Source: a bacterium (GTDB taxonomy: Bacteria > Patescibacteriota > Microgenomatia > JAADGY01). From it: a stretch of DNA of 43,358 nucleotides. The DNA lies in assembly GCA_027028625.1 (NCBI GenBank), contig JALVIH010000003.1, positions 1-43,358 of the forward strand. Reading direction: 5' to 3'. Positions within the stretch are counted from its first letter, which is position 1. The number at the start of each line of letters is the position of its first letter. Of the stretch, positions 18,738 to 27,981 are shown piece after piece. Below the pieces are notes generated by a model that searched no databases, had not been told where the DNA came from, and saw nothing but the letters and a program-made list of their open reading frames with translations. The position numbers and the translations under genes are program-made.

Positions 18738-21074
18738 TTACAACCTAGCCCTTTGGGCTATCTCACGCTCAACTTCGTAGCGATCGCGGCCATACTTCAA
18801 CTGCGAAAGCTGGCGAATCATCTCGGCTACCTTTGGGTTCCTCATTCTTTCTTGAACACTCATATCCTTGGTTAGGTCTAAAGAAAAGGCTGGCAGAGGC
18901 TCATTGTTATAAATCGTCTTAATGTAAGCGTGGTACTTCTCAATGTTTAGGAGGTCGGTCTGACTAAAAACCGGAGCAAACTCGTTCTGAAGATAGTTAG
19001 CGTCAGTTACTCCCACCCGGAAGGAGATAAGGGTGCCAACATTACCAAAGACAGCGTTCTTAACCTCATCCTCCATCTGGCTAATAAACTGGTTGGCTAC
19101 CGTTAGGTTAAGGTGATACTTTCTGGCTTCGGAAAGAATTTGAGCAAAATCAGGAGTGGCAAAGTTCTGGAACTCATCTACATAAAGATAAAAATCCCGC
19201 CGCTGTTCCTCAGGCACGTCTTGGCGGCTCATGGCGGCCATTAAGATGCGGGGGACTAAAACCAAGCCTAAAAAGCTCGAGTTCTCTTCACCAATCTTCC
19301 CTTTTGCCAAACTAATTAAGAGGATTTTTCCTTCATCCATAACCTTCCGAAAATCAAAAGCGCTCTTCGACTGGCCGATTATGTTCCGCATCATTGGATT
19401 AGTGACAAAGCGGCCAAATTTAGAGACTATATAATCAAGAACTTCCGATTTGTGGAAGTCAGAAGTTTTAGCTATTTGATCAGTCCAATAACGCCGAACC
19501 ATAGGGTTCTTTACCTTAGGGAGAAGAGACCGCATATAATTATCGTCGGTTAATACCCGGACCACCTCAACAAAAGAGGCTCCCGGCTCAGCAGTAACAG
19601 TCAAGATGGCGTTGCGGACAGCATGCTCAAAACGGGGACCAACAATCCCTGTTTTGTGGGGATCAAAAAGTTTGTACATCATATTAATGATGGCTGAGGC
19701 AATAAATTGTTTCTGGTCCTCCGTCTTATATTCCAGAAGGTTGAGCCCCATCGGCCGGTCAAGGTTAGAGGGGTCAAAGAGAATTACATCCTCGGCTCGG
19801 TTAGGAGGGATTAACTCTAAGAGAATATCAATAGTGTCATGAGGGTCAATGAAACAAATACCTTTACCGGCTTTGATGTCTTGAAGCATCATATCAAGAA
19901 GGAATTGGGATTTCCCAGCCCCTGTTTTCCCAATAATATACATATGCCGACTCCGGTCCTTGTCTTGAATATAGACAGGTCGGCGGATACCACGGAAGTC
20001 ATTGTAACCCAAGAAGAGACCGCTGGTTGGAATTTGGGCTGGAGCTGGGGCCCTTTTGGCCATCAACCAGTGGATAAAAGGGGTTTCCACTGTTTTGTTA
20101 GGGAAGTGAAAGATGCTGGCCAACTCGTCGGTTGAGAGGATGGAGGTTCGACCAAAAAGAGGCAGGTAACGATAAATAACATCAAGCATAAACATTTTCT
20201 TGAACCAAATCTTCTTACTAACCAAGGCATTGTAGGCTGACTGGAACTGAGAAAAGGCGGCCACAATTTCTTTAAGGTGGGCTTCGGCTCGCTCCTTTTG
20301 GGGGGAAACCACCACCAAACGAAGGTCAGTGACAAAACCAGGCTTGGAACATTTATTCTCAATGGCGTCATAAGTTTTGGGGTCGATATTGTAATTTGCT
20401 TTTTTGGGGTCGGACTCTTCCTTTTTCTTATGGGCTATCCAACTCTTTCCTTGTTTTTGCCAGCGGTTAGAGGCAGGGGTAAGAACTATCTGGAAAATAG
20501 CCCCTTCCCCCTCCATCATCTTAGCCATAGCCGAAGTAATGGGGGCAATGCTGTCTGTGGCCATTTCTTTATAGGTCTTTAGCGGCCAGAAGGGTGCATT
20601 TTTTGTTTTTAGAGCAGTAAAAGCCACATAACCGTCTTTGGTAAAGATATTGTGGTCCTCAACAACCTTGATAAGAGCTTCTGGATAAGCCCCATAAATT
20701 TGCTTCTCTACTAACTGAAAGTCGTCTTCAGGGACGCTGATGTAGAAGCCAATGTTTTCTTTTGTGGCCACTAACTCGAGGGTTAGATGGCGGGGATGTT
20801 TAAAAAAACGGCTCCACCAATGAGAATGATAAAGGGAGGCAAAAGAAGAGAACATTTGTTCAGCTGCATCAACTTTTATTTCGTTGTCTTTAGGCACTAG
20901 GACTTCAAATGTAACCATCGAAAGAGACCTCTCTTCCCGACGGCGGTACTTTAACCATAAAAAGAACAACCAGATTAAAGCCAATAGAATACCAAAGAAA
21001 AAAAGAAAGGCAAAAAGGCTAACTGTAAAAGTAGTTAGTCTAAGAATAAGGGTGTTTAAGAACTCCTGGAACAT
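18738..21074 (-). CDS. VirB4/TraG-VirD4-like (HerA/FtsK superfamily) ATPase of the CPR type
   Basis: N-terminal TM, HMYIIGKTGAGKS (Walker A), YLYVDEFQNF (Walker B), LSEARKYHLNLTVANQ. Confidence 0.88.
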   Translation of the reverse strand: MFQEFLNTLILRLTTFTVSLFAFLFFFGILLALIWLFFLWLKYRRREERSLSMVTFEVLVPKDNEIKVDAAEQMFSSFASLYHSHWWSRFFKHPRHLTLELVATKENIGFYISVPEDDFQLVEKQIYGAYPEALIKVVEDHNIFTKDGYVAFTALKTKNAPFWPLKTYKEMATDSIAPITSAMAKMMEGEGAIFQIVLTPASNRWQKQGKSWIAHKKKEESDPKKANYNIDPKTYDAIENKCSKPGFVTDLRLVVVSPQKERAEAHLKEIVAAFSQFQSAYNALVSKKIWFKKMFMLDVIYRYLPLFGRTSILSTDELASIFHFPNKTVETPFIHWLMAKRAPAPAQIPTSGLFLGYNDFRGIRRPVYIQDKDRSRHMYIIGKTGAGKSQFLLDMMLQDIKAGKGICFIDPHDTIDILLELIPPNRAEDVILFDPSNLDRPMGLNLLEYKTEDQKQFIASAIINMMYKLFDPHKTGIVGPRFEHAVRNAILTVTAEPGASFVEVVRVLTDDNYMRSLLPKVKNPMVRRYWTDQIAKTSDFHKSEVLDYIVSKFGRFVTNPMMRNIIGQSKSAFDFRKVMDEGKILLISLAKGKIGEENSSFLGLVLVPRILMAAMSRQDVPEEQRRDFYLYVDEFQNFATPDFAQILSEARKYHLNLTVANQFISQMEDEVKNAVFGNVGTLISFRVGVTDANYLQNEFAPVFSQTDLLNIEKYHAYIKTIYNNEPLPAFSLDLTKDMSVQERMRNPKVAEMIRQLSQLKYGRDRYEVEREIAQRARL

Positions 21075-21112
21075 ATCTCATTTTAAATTATCAATTCTCA
21101 ATTAGCAAACAA
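21072..21112 (-). promoter_or_regulatory. Leaderless promoter, copy 1 of a 41-bp duplication
   Basis: Minus strand TTGCTA-17nt-TAAAAT-GAGAT-ATG; 38/41 identical to 31185-31225. Confidence 0.75.
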
Positions 21113-21170
21113 CGCCCATTTACAATTTTGGTCGGAGTGGGTATTATATTCTTGTTGACATTTTAGGCTC

Positions 21171-21294
21171 GGAAATCAAAGGAATTGGGTGAAAATCCCA
21201 AGCTGTGCCGCAACCGTGAGAGGAGTTCTCCTCGAGTCGGGAACTTTGATTTCTAAGTTAGTTACCGGAGGCCCTCGAGCAAGGGTTGGTCCGG
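21171..21294 (+). ncRNA. Cobalamin riboswitch-like RNA (compact class-II architecture)
   Basis: Closing stem GAAATCAAAG/CTTTGATTTC; GGAA; TTGGG-TGAAAAT-CCCAA T-loop hairpin; GCTGTGCCGCAACCGT; GAGGAG/CTCCTC stem; GAGTCGG; downstream CCC-TCGAGCAA-GGG loop complementary to L5 TGCCG; upstream promoter TTTACA-17nt-TATTAT (21119-21147). Confidence 0.75.
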
Positions 21295-21332
21295 GTAGAG
21301 TTTCTCTCCCCGATCCTTGCTGAGGGGAAAAG

Positions 21333-22409
21333 ATAAGTAATTTAGAACGACACCAATTACTGCAAATCACTAAGGGGGAGGGAGCTTATCTCCTCTGGGG
21401 GGAAACAAAAGAACAAAACCTCCCTCTGTTTATCCTAAATGTCTTGGAGGCTCTTAATGAGGCTATTGGCGCTCCTACTTACCGAACCGAGTACTATCTA
21501 GGAGAAGAAGGCCATCTTATTCATTTACAAACCGGCCTAGACATCCAAGAATCAATGGCCTTGGCTATCCAAAAAGCCCAGATGCTTCTAAACACACAAA
21601 AAGAAGGGGGTCTCTTGGCTGAACAGTTTTCTCGGCTTGTTCTAGAAAAACACGGCTTGGAAAAAGTGGTTCAACTCCTGGAGGAAGGACATCGGCACAT
21701 TGTTTGGATTTCCCCTCCGGGTTTGGGCCTAAACAGTGGGGAGGCTCGGGTAAATATCTTTTCAAAAACTGGAGATAGGGTTTTAAATTTTGCTTTTGTA
21801 GCCACCCCCCAACTCCAGGCTCTCCAAGAGCTTGTCTCCTCTTTAGGGGGACCAGAAGAACTCGATCATTTTATTGATAATAATGGTTGGGTAGCCTCAT
21901 TTCTTCAGAATCCCTTCCCCACTAATCTAGACCCGCTCCAAGTAAAAGAAAGGGTTGTGGAAATGAATCAAACAGCCAACTTTACTCCCCCGGGTTTTGG
22001 AATAGATATTTACCAACTCTACCGCAAATACCCCCATATATTTGGTGTCCTTGAGGAGGAAATACAAAAGTTCTACTTCTCTTCTAGGCATTTTCCCGGC
22101 GAAGAGAGATATTCTAAAGAACTTGAGTTTCTTGGCTACCTTCTCAATTTCTATGTCAAGCCTTTATTAAGGTATGAGCTACAACAACAAGGAGTAAGTG
22201 AGGAGAAATTCCTCTTAGAATATAATGCCTTGATAAATCGAGTTAGTAGCTGTGGTCAAGGGTTGGGTTCTTTAATAAACCCAATTAATCCTCTGTCACA
22301 AATGAACCTCCTGGCCTTCAATTTTCTTTCCGAGGAAGAAAGGGGGGGATGCCCCCACTGTTCTTCTCCAAGAAGGGAAAAACCCCGTCCAAAACAATGG
22401 ACACCGTAG
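21333..22409 (+). CDS. Hypothetical protein with a C-terminal Cys motif, downstream of the riboswitch
   Basis: Frame open from 21324; GAGGGG SD then ATA at 21333 giving (M)SNLERH (ORF track start TTG 21444); SSCG...CPHC near the C-terminus. Confidence 0.65.
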   Translation: MSNLERHQLLQITKGEGAYLLWGETKEQNLPLFILNVLEALNEAIGAPTYRTEYYLGEEGHLIHLQTGLDIQESMALAIQKAQMLLNTQKEGGLLAEQFSRLVLEKHGLEKVVQLLEEGHRHIVWISPPGLGLNSGEARVNIFSKTGDRVLNFAFVATPQLQALQELVSSLGGPEELDHFIDNNGWVASFLQNPFPTNLDPLQVKERVVEMNQTANFTPPGFGIDIYQLYRKYPHIFGVLEEEIQKFYFSSRHFPGEERYSKELEFLGYLLNFYVKPLLRYELQQQGVSEEKFLLEYNALINRVSSCGQGLGSLINPINPLSQMNLLAFNFLSEEERGGCPHCSSPRREKPRPKQWTP

Positions 22410-22427
22410 GATAGTCTATAATATCTT

Positions 22428-23411
22428 ATGGCCCAAAAAGACAAGATAAGAAAGCTAGCCCACTTAAAGATAGGCCAAGATCCAGCCAACCAGGACCCAC
22501 TTAACCTTTGGGATACTCTCCCCATTAATTATTTATCTCTCCCTGATAAAGACTTCGACTCTCTCCAAACAACGACTACTTTTTTAAACAAAACTCTCTC
22601 TCTTCCTCTAATTATTGGGGCCTTAACCTTCCCTGTGGATCAAAAGACTCGACAACTAAACAATAACCTCGTCAGGCTAGCCGAAGAAAAAAAGTTAGCT
22701 TTTAATGTCGGTAGCCAACGGATTATGGTAGAAAATAACCTGGATGCCGAGGCCAAACGCCTCCGCCGCCTCGCCCCAACGGCCTGCATCCTGGCCAACT
22801 TTGGTGCTGTTCAGCTTAATTATGGTTGGGGAATTGAGGATGCTCGCCGTTGTGTTGATACGCTCGAGGCCGACGCCCTCGTTCTTCATCTTAACTGCCT
22901 TCAAGAGCTAATTCAGCCAGAAGGGCACAAAAACTTTAAGGGCCTTCTTCAGAAGATAGAACTCCTAGTCAAAAAAATTAGTGTTCCTTTAATTATTAAA
23001 GAAGTTGGTATGGGCATCGATCCCCAAACGGCCAAAAGGCTTTATGATTTGGGGGTTTACGGAATAGACGTTGCTGGAAAAGGGGGAACTAATTGGGCTA
23101 AAATCGAGGCCGGTCGGCGACAGGATGATTGGGCTGTTCCCTTTTACACTCTTGGTTATTCTGCTCCAGACTTAGTAAAAGAAATCTCCAAATTTAAACC
23201 CAAAGACAGAATTTTAATCGCCTCTGGAGGAATTCGCAACGGCCTCCATATTGCTAAAGCCTTATGGCTAGGAGCTGACCTGGCATCAGCGGCTTACCCA
23301 TTCCTCATTGCCGGCCAAAAGGGTTACTCCGAGTTGGTAAAATTGTACAACAAACTTCACTGGCAATATAAAGTTAGTCTGATGGTAATCAAAAATGGCC
23401 AAAATTCTTAA
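22428..23411 (+). CDS. fni: Type 2 isopentenyl-diphosphate delta-isomerase (FMN-dependent)
   Basis: RKLAH, VGSQR, LHLNCLQELIQPEG, KEVGMG, DVAGKGGTNW, ASGGIRNG. Confidence 0.95.
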   Translation: MAQKDKIRKLAHLKIGQDPANQDPLNLWDTLPINYLSLPDKDFDSLQTTTTFLNKTLSLPLIIGALTFPVDQKTRQLNNNLVRLAEEKKLAFNVGSQRIMVENNLDAEAKRLRRLAPTACILANFGAVQLNYGWGIEDARRCVDTLEADALVLHLNCLQELIQPEGHKNFKGLLQKIELLVKKISVPLIIKEVGMGIDPQTAKRLYDLGVYGIDVAGKGGTNWAKIEAGRRQDDWAVPFYTLGYSAPDLVKEISKFKPKDRILIASGGIRNGLHIAKALWLGADLASAAYPFLIAGQKGYSELVKLYNKLHWQYKVSLMVIKNGQNS

Positions 23412-24369
23412 GGGTAAAGGGCAGGGGCCGCTTTTTATAGCATTAATTAAATATTGGGGGAATATAGATAACGATCTTCGAATTCCTAGAAATGACAATC
23501 TTGCCATTAACCTAGATTTTATTGGTACCGACACCAATGTCTCTTTCTCTCCTGGCTTTAAAGAGGACAGGGTTGTAGTAAATGGCAAGGCTCTTGAAAG
23601 AGAGAAAAAACTTAGGGTTATTAGGGTTGTAGATATTATGAGAAAAAGGGCTAAAATTAATTGGCCAGTTCATATATTTTCAGAAAACCACATCCCTACG
23701 GCGAGTGGGATTGGTTCCTCGGCAAGCAGCTTTAGCGACCTGGTAGTTGCCATTAATAAGGCTCTTAAGCTTAATTTGACCAAGAAGGAATTATCATTAA
23801 TGGCTAGGCTAGGTTCTGGATCAGCAGCTAGAGCAATCCCCTCAGGTTTTGTTTTACTACCAGGAAATTGCTCTCAATCAGAGGCTTATGCCCGCACACT
23901 TTTCCCTCCGTCTTACTGGCCACTCTCCATTTTTATAATAATCCTCTCTGATGCCCAAAAACATACTCTTACAACTCAGGGTCATTTAGGTGCCTCAACC
24001 AGCCCCCTTTATAAAGAACGGCAGTGGGGGCTAAAAGAAAGATTAAAAGAAATAATTAAAACAATAAGAGACAAAGACATTTGGCGATTGGGTAGGCTAT
24101 TAGAAGCAGAGGCACTTAGTCTTCATGCCAACATTATGTCTCAATCCCCACCAATTTTTTATTGGTCGCCCCGAACTTTCCGGTTTGTAAAAGATTTAGT
24201 TGATTATAGAGAAAAAGAAGGTTATCCAATTTTTTGGACCATAGATGCGGGTGAGAATCTGTTTTTACTAACCGTTCCAGATTACGAGGATGTGGTCAAA
24301 ACTTTTATATCTCGCCACCCAGAAGTTAAAAAATATTATTTGACCCATCCAGGGAAGGGGCCACGATGA
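23395..24369 (+). CDS. mvaD: (Di)phosphomevalonate decarboxylase family GHMP enzyme, probably mevalonate-5-phosphate decarboxylase
   Basis: IALIKYWG, PTASGIGSSAS, ARLGSGSA, TIDAG. Confidence 0.88.
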   Translation: MAKILKGKGQGPLFIALIKYWGNIDNDLRIPRNDNLAINLDFIGTDTNVSFSPGFKEDRVVVNGKALEREKKLRVIRVVDIMRKRAKINWPVHIFSENHIPTASGIGSSASSFSDLVVAINKALKLNLTKKELSLMARLGSGSAARAIPSGFVLLPGNCSQSEAYARTLFPPSYWPLSIFIIILSDAQKHTLTTQGHLGASTSPLYKERQWGLKERLKEIIKTIRDKDIWRLGRLLEAEALSLHANIMSQSPPIFYWSPRTFRFVKDLVDYREKEGYPIFWTIDAGENLFLLTVPDYEDVVKTFISRHPEVKKYYLTHPGKGPR

Positions 24370-25184
24370 CCAAAACGCAAAAAATCATTCTTATTAAGAT
24401 TGGCGGTTCTTTGATAACAGACAAAAATACCCCCTTCAGCCTGAACAAAAGAAATCTGGGAATTATTGCTAATGAAATTAGTTATCTTTACCAACGGGCC
24501 CCCTTCAAACTTCTTTTGGGACACGGTTCGGGATCTTTTGGCCATACGGTGGCCGCCACCTACCAAACTCAAAACGGTGTTAATTCTTCCAACTTTGAAG
24601 AGGTTTTGGGGGTGGCCTTGGTTAAAGAGGCAGCCAGCCGCTTAAATCAGATAATTATTCAAAAATTATTAAAACTAAAAGTTCCAGCAACCACCATCCA
24701 CCCTGATTCATTTCTATATTCAGAAGACAAGCATCTAATAATGGCCTTTTGGCAAAATCTCAACCACCTTCTTAAGATGCCAGTTCTTCCAGTTGTCTAT
24801 GGAGACGTTATCTTTGACCAAAAGATTGGGGCAACAATCTTCTCGACCGAGCAAGTTTTGGCTGAGATAGGCAAGACATTGGTCGCCCAGGGGTGGCAGG
24901 TAACTATTGTCCACTGCGGGGCAACTAAGGGGGTTTACAATACCCAGGGCAAAACCATTCCTTTAATTACCCCCTCAAATTTTGCCTCAATTGCCTCCTC
25001 AATTGGCGGCTCAGCTGGAATAGATGTTACTGGAGGAATGATTCATAAAGTCAAAACTAGCTTGGAGTTAACCAAATTTGGTATTACCTCATATATAACT
25101 GACGGAGTTACTAGGGGAAGTTTAAGAAAACTGCTCCTAGAAGGAATAAAAACAGACACCACCGTAATCGAGGGAAACCTCTAA
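24366..25184 (+). CDS. ipk: Isopentenyl phosphate kinase (amino-acid kinase fold)
   Basis: IKIGGSLITDK, HGSGSFGH (IPK His), PVVYGDV, DVTGGMIHKV; ATGA-coupled to mvaD. Confidence 0.9.
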   Translation: MTKTQKIILIKIGGSLITDKNTPFSLNKRNLGIIANEISYLYQRAPFKLLLGHGSGSFGHTVAATYQTQNGVNSSNFEEVLGVALVKEAASRLNQIIIQKLLKLKVPATTIHPDSFLYSEDKHLIMAFWQNLNHLLKMPVLPVVYGDVIFDQKIGATIFSTEQVLAEIGKTLVAQGWQVTIVHCGATKGVYNTQGKTIPLITPSNFASIASSIGGSAGIDVTGGMIHKVKTSLELTKFGITSYITDGVTRGSLRKLLLEGIKTDTTVIEGNL

Positions 25185-25204
25185 GATTGTGTTAAAATTA
25201 ATTA

Positions 25205-25300
25205 ATGTCTAAAAAGGGTCTTTATATTTTGATAATTGGTGTTTTGGCTATCCTTTTTTATCTTTTTGTTCAAAGTACCGCCTTTATCTTTGGTTTTTAA
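25205..25300 (+). CDS. Small single-TM protein (31 aa), not in the ORF track
   Basis: MSKKGLYILIIGVLAILFYLFVQSTAFIFGF*; TGT-TAAAAT extended -10 lies 6 nt upstream; next ATG follows 6 nt after the stop. Confidence 0.6.
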   Translation: MSKKGLYILIIGVLAILFYLFVQSTAFIFGF

Positions 25301-25306
25301 AGTAAA

Positions 25307-25801
25307 ATGTCCAGGAGGTTAATTTTAACTACCTGCCTAAGCGTCCTGGCATCTCTTCTAATCTATAACCACCAAGATATTAACGGATTGGTGCGAGATG
25401 TTGGCGGCCAAATTATCTCCCTAGCCACCAGTGGGCGGGTTAATCTTACGGAGGACAGTGTTCTCATTAACAACCACCAAGAAATAATAAACATCTCCAG
25501 CCAAATTCCCGATGGGTTCCCTAGCAATCTCCCCATTTTCCCGGGGGCAAGATTAGATTTGGGGATAAGCCAGATTACTGAAGACAGTATCTCGGTCAAT
25601 TTTGTCTCCAGCGCCCCCTTAAAAGATGTTAGTTTCTTTTATCTCCACTGGCTACCACAACGGGGGTGGAAAATAAAGGAGCTTCCTAGCAGCAACCATC
25701 ACCAGAACCTTCTAATAAAAGGCCGACTATGGCGAGGAAACATCTGGCTAACCGAGGACAACAAAACCACTCAAATTGCTATCGACCTTTACCGACGATA
25801 A
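25307..25801 (+). CDS. Exported or membrane-anchored hypothetical protein
   Basis: N-terminal hydrophobic segment; IPDGFPSNLPIFPGA...FY...L..RGWKI domain. Confidence 0.7.
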   Translation: MSRRLILTTCLSVLASLLIYNHQDINGLVRDVGGQIISLATSGRVNLTEDSVLINNHQEIINISSQIPDGFPSNLPIFPGARLDLGISQITEDSISVNFVSSAPLKDVSFFYLHWLPQRGWKIKELPSSNHHQNLLIKGRLWRGNIWLTEDNKTTQIAIDLYRR

Positions 25802-26876
25802 ACTCAACCACCTGACCATCATTTATTACATAATCTCTACCCCCGAAGATAACCTTGCCGGCCTCTGTGGCGCCCTGCCATCCCCCAAGATCAACGAAGT
25901 CCTGGTAAGAAACAACCTTAGCTTTTATGAAATGGCGTTGAAAATCGGTGTGTATCTTTCCGGCTGCTTCGGGGGCAGTTGCCCCTTTTTTAATGGTCCA
26001 GGCCCGCACCTCTTTTACTCCAGCAGTAAAAAACGAAATCAATCCTAACCGAGAGTAAGCCAAACTCAACAACTTATCAAGCGAAGAACTCCCCCCAATA
26101 AGACGCAGGTATTCTTCTTTTTCTTGAGCAGACATTCCTATAAGGGCAGCCTCGCTTTTTAAACAACTAAAGACTATCTCACTTGGCCCCCTCACCGTCT
26201 TGGACAGTTCTTCTCTTAGGCTGGTGTCAGCTAGTTGATCTTCCGAAAGATTAAAAAGATAAATGGTTGGTTTAAAAGACAATAACTGAAGTCGAGAAAC
26301 GACACCTTTTTCCTCTGGGCCTAGATCTGGGGATGATTGGGTATTATTTTTAGAGAGCATTTCCTCTATTTTTTTAATTGCCGCCAGCTCTTTTTGGGCC
26401 GTTTTCTCAAACCGCCGTTTCTGAAGGGCCTCTTTATATTTTTTAATTGTTTCCAAATCCTTAAGGGCAAATTCTAATCTAATTGTCTCTATGTCCTCCT
26501 TTGGCCCCTGCCCCGTCGGAACAACTTGGCCATCATTAAAAACCCGGACCACTTCTATTATTACACTTACCTCTCTTATGTTTGCCAAAAACTTATTACC
26601 CAAACCTTCACCTTTGTGGGCCCCGGCCACCAATCCAGCAATATCAACCACTTGGATAGTTGCCGGAACAACTGGGGGCAGAACCCCTTTTTCTTTTTTG
26701 ATAGTTTCAGCTAACTTTTGAAGGCGGGGGTCAGGCACATTAACAATCCCCACATTTGGATCTATGGTGGTAAAGGGGTAGTTCTGGCTCTCGGCTAATC
26801 GTTGGTTTAAAAGAATATTAAAAAGGGTAGATTTGCCAACATTGGCCAGTCCCACTATCCCCACCTTCAGCGACAT
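25779..26876 (-). CDS. ychF: Obg-family ATPase YchF
   Basis: GIVGLANVGKST, NYPFTTIDPN, DIAGLV..AHKGEGLGNKFL, TGS domain FFTAGVKEVRAWTI. Confidence 0.96.
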   Translation of the reverse strand: MSLKVGIVGLANVGKSTLFNILLNQRLAESQNYPFTTIDPNVGIVNVPDPRLQKLAETIKKEKGVLPPVVPATIQVVDIAGLVAGAHKGEGLGNKFLANIREVSVIIEVVRVFNDGQVVPTGQGPKEDIETIRLEFALKDLETIKKYKEALQKRRFEKTAQKELAAIKKIEEMLSKNNTQSSPDLGPEEKGVVSRLQLLSFKPTIYLFNLSEDQLADTSLREELSKTVRGPSEIVFSCLKSEAALIGMSAQEKEEYLRLIGGSSSLDKLLSLAYSRLGLISFFTAGVKEVRAWTIKKGATAPEAAGKIHTDFQRHFIKAKVVSYQDFVDLGGWQGATEAGKVIFGGRDYVINDGQVVEFIVGKGR

Positions 26877-26877
26877 C

Positions 26878-27981
26878 TTATTCTTGGAGGTTAATCGGCA
26901 TTAAGATATGGTAATAATTGTCTTTTTCTACCCCGCGAATCATTATTGGTGAGGTGGCTGTATTAAGCTTGATGGCTAAATACTCTTCATCTATTACCCC
27001 AATTGCTTCTTGGAGGAACTTACCATTAAGGGCCAAAACTAACTCTTTCTCTTGGTCATTCTCAACTTCCACCTCCCCCTTGACACTCCCAAAAGCAGAA
27101 GATTCAGCTAAGAGAGTCATTTTTTTGCCCTTAATATTTAATTTAAGAAGGTTGCCGTTGTTCTTGGCTACCACCATTACGGTTCGTAGTTGTTGTTCAA
27201 AAAGGGTTTTATTAACAACTAAGTTATAAGCAAATTCCTGAGGAACAATCTCTTTATAGTTAGGGAAGTTGCCTTCTATGAGTTGAGTCTGCAACCAATA
27301 GTTTCCCTCCGTTGGTTGAGCTAGGGCAATAATTCTTTTCTTTTTGAGGTCATATCTTATCTTAATTTTCCCTTCCTTTATAGAAGCTAATTGTTGTAAA
27401 AAACCCAGGGGAACAACCGCATTTTCCAATCCTATTTTTTGGGATGGCCTGAAAACGGACAACCTTATCCCATCAGTGGCTGCGACTTCACCGCTACTAC
27501 TAAAAAATATTCCGGTCAAGATGGGGCGTATTTCATCTTTTGAGACTGAAAAAGATGTCATTCTTAAAATTTCTTCTAAAACGGACGGCTCAATTTCCTC
27601 ATTCCACTCCTCTTTCTCTCCCCAAGTGATAACTGGGTACTCATCTTTTGTTGTTATGTTAATTTTAAGAGTTGTTTCTGGGGTAGTAATAAGAAGTCCG
27701 CCCTTTTCCACTGTTACAGTAATTGATTCGCCCCTTAACTCCCTTATTGCTTCGACCAAAAAACGACCATTAATCAAACACTCCCCATCTTCGGTTACTT
27801 TGGTTTTAAGCTCTATCTTGCTGCCTACTTCTAGGTCTGTTGCTTCTATGGCTAGGGTTGCTGGTTTTTGGGCAACAAGGTGAAGGTTGGCCAAAACTGG
27901 AATTTTGGGGTGGGTAGGGACAACCCGATTAACTTTATCGATCGCCCAAAGGAAACTATTTTTATCCACCACAAACTTCAT
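26878..27981 (-). CDS. dnaN: DNA polymerase III beta clamp
   Basis: ATDLEVG, RPILTGI, ATDGIRLS, LIEGNFPNY, ILMPI; directly downstream of dnaA. Confidence 0.95.
   Translation of the reverse strand: MKFVVDKNSFLWAIDKVNRVVPTHPKIPVLANLHLVAQKPATLAIEATDLEVGSKIELKTKVTEDGECLINGRFLVEAIRELRGESITVTVEKGGLLITTPETTLKINITTKDEYPVITWGEKEEWNEEIEPSVLEEILRMTSFSVSKDEIRPILTGIFFSSSGEVAATDGIRLSVFRPSQKIGLENAVVPLGFLQQLASIKEGKIKIRYDLKKKRIIALAQPTEGNYWLQTQLIEGNFPNYKEIVPQEFAYNLVVNKTLFEQQLRTVMVVAKNNGNLLKLNIKGKKMTLLAESSAFGSVKGEVEVENDQEKELVLALNGKFLQEAIGVIDEEYLAIKLNTATSPIMIRGVEKDNYYHILMPINLQE

Noticed and set aside
21176-21370. 64-aa minus-strand ORF
   Set aside because: It is antisense to the riboswitch-like RNA, whose structure explains the sequence better
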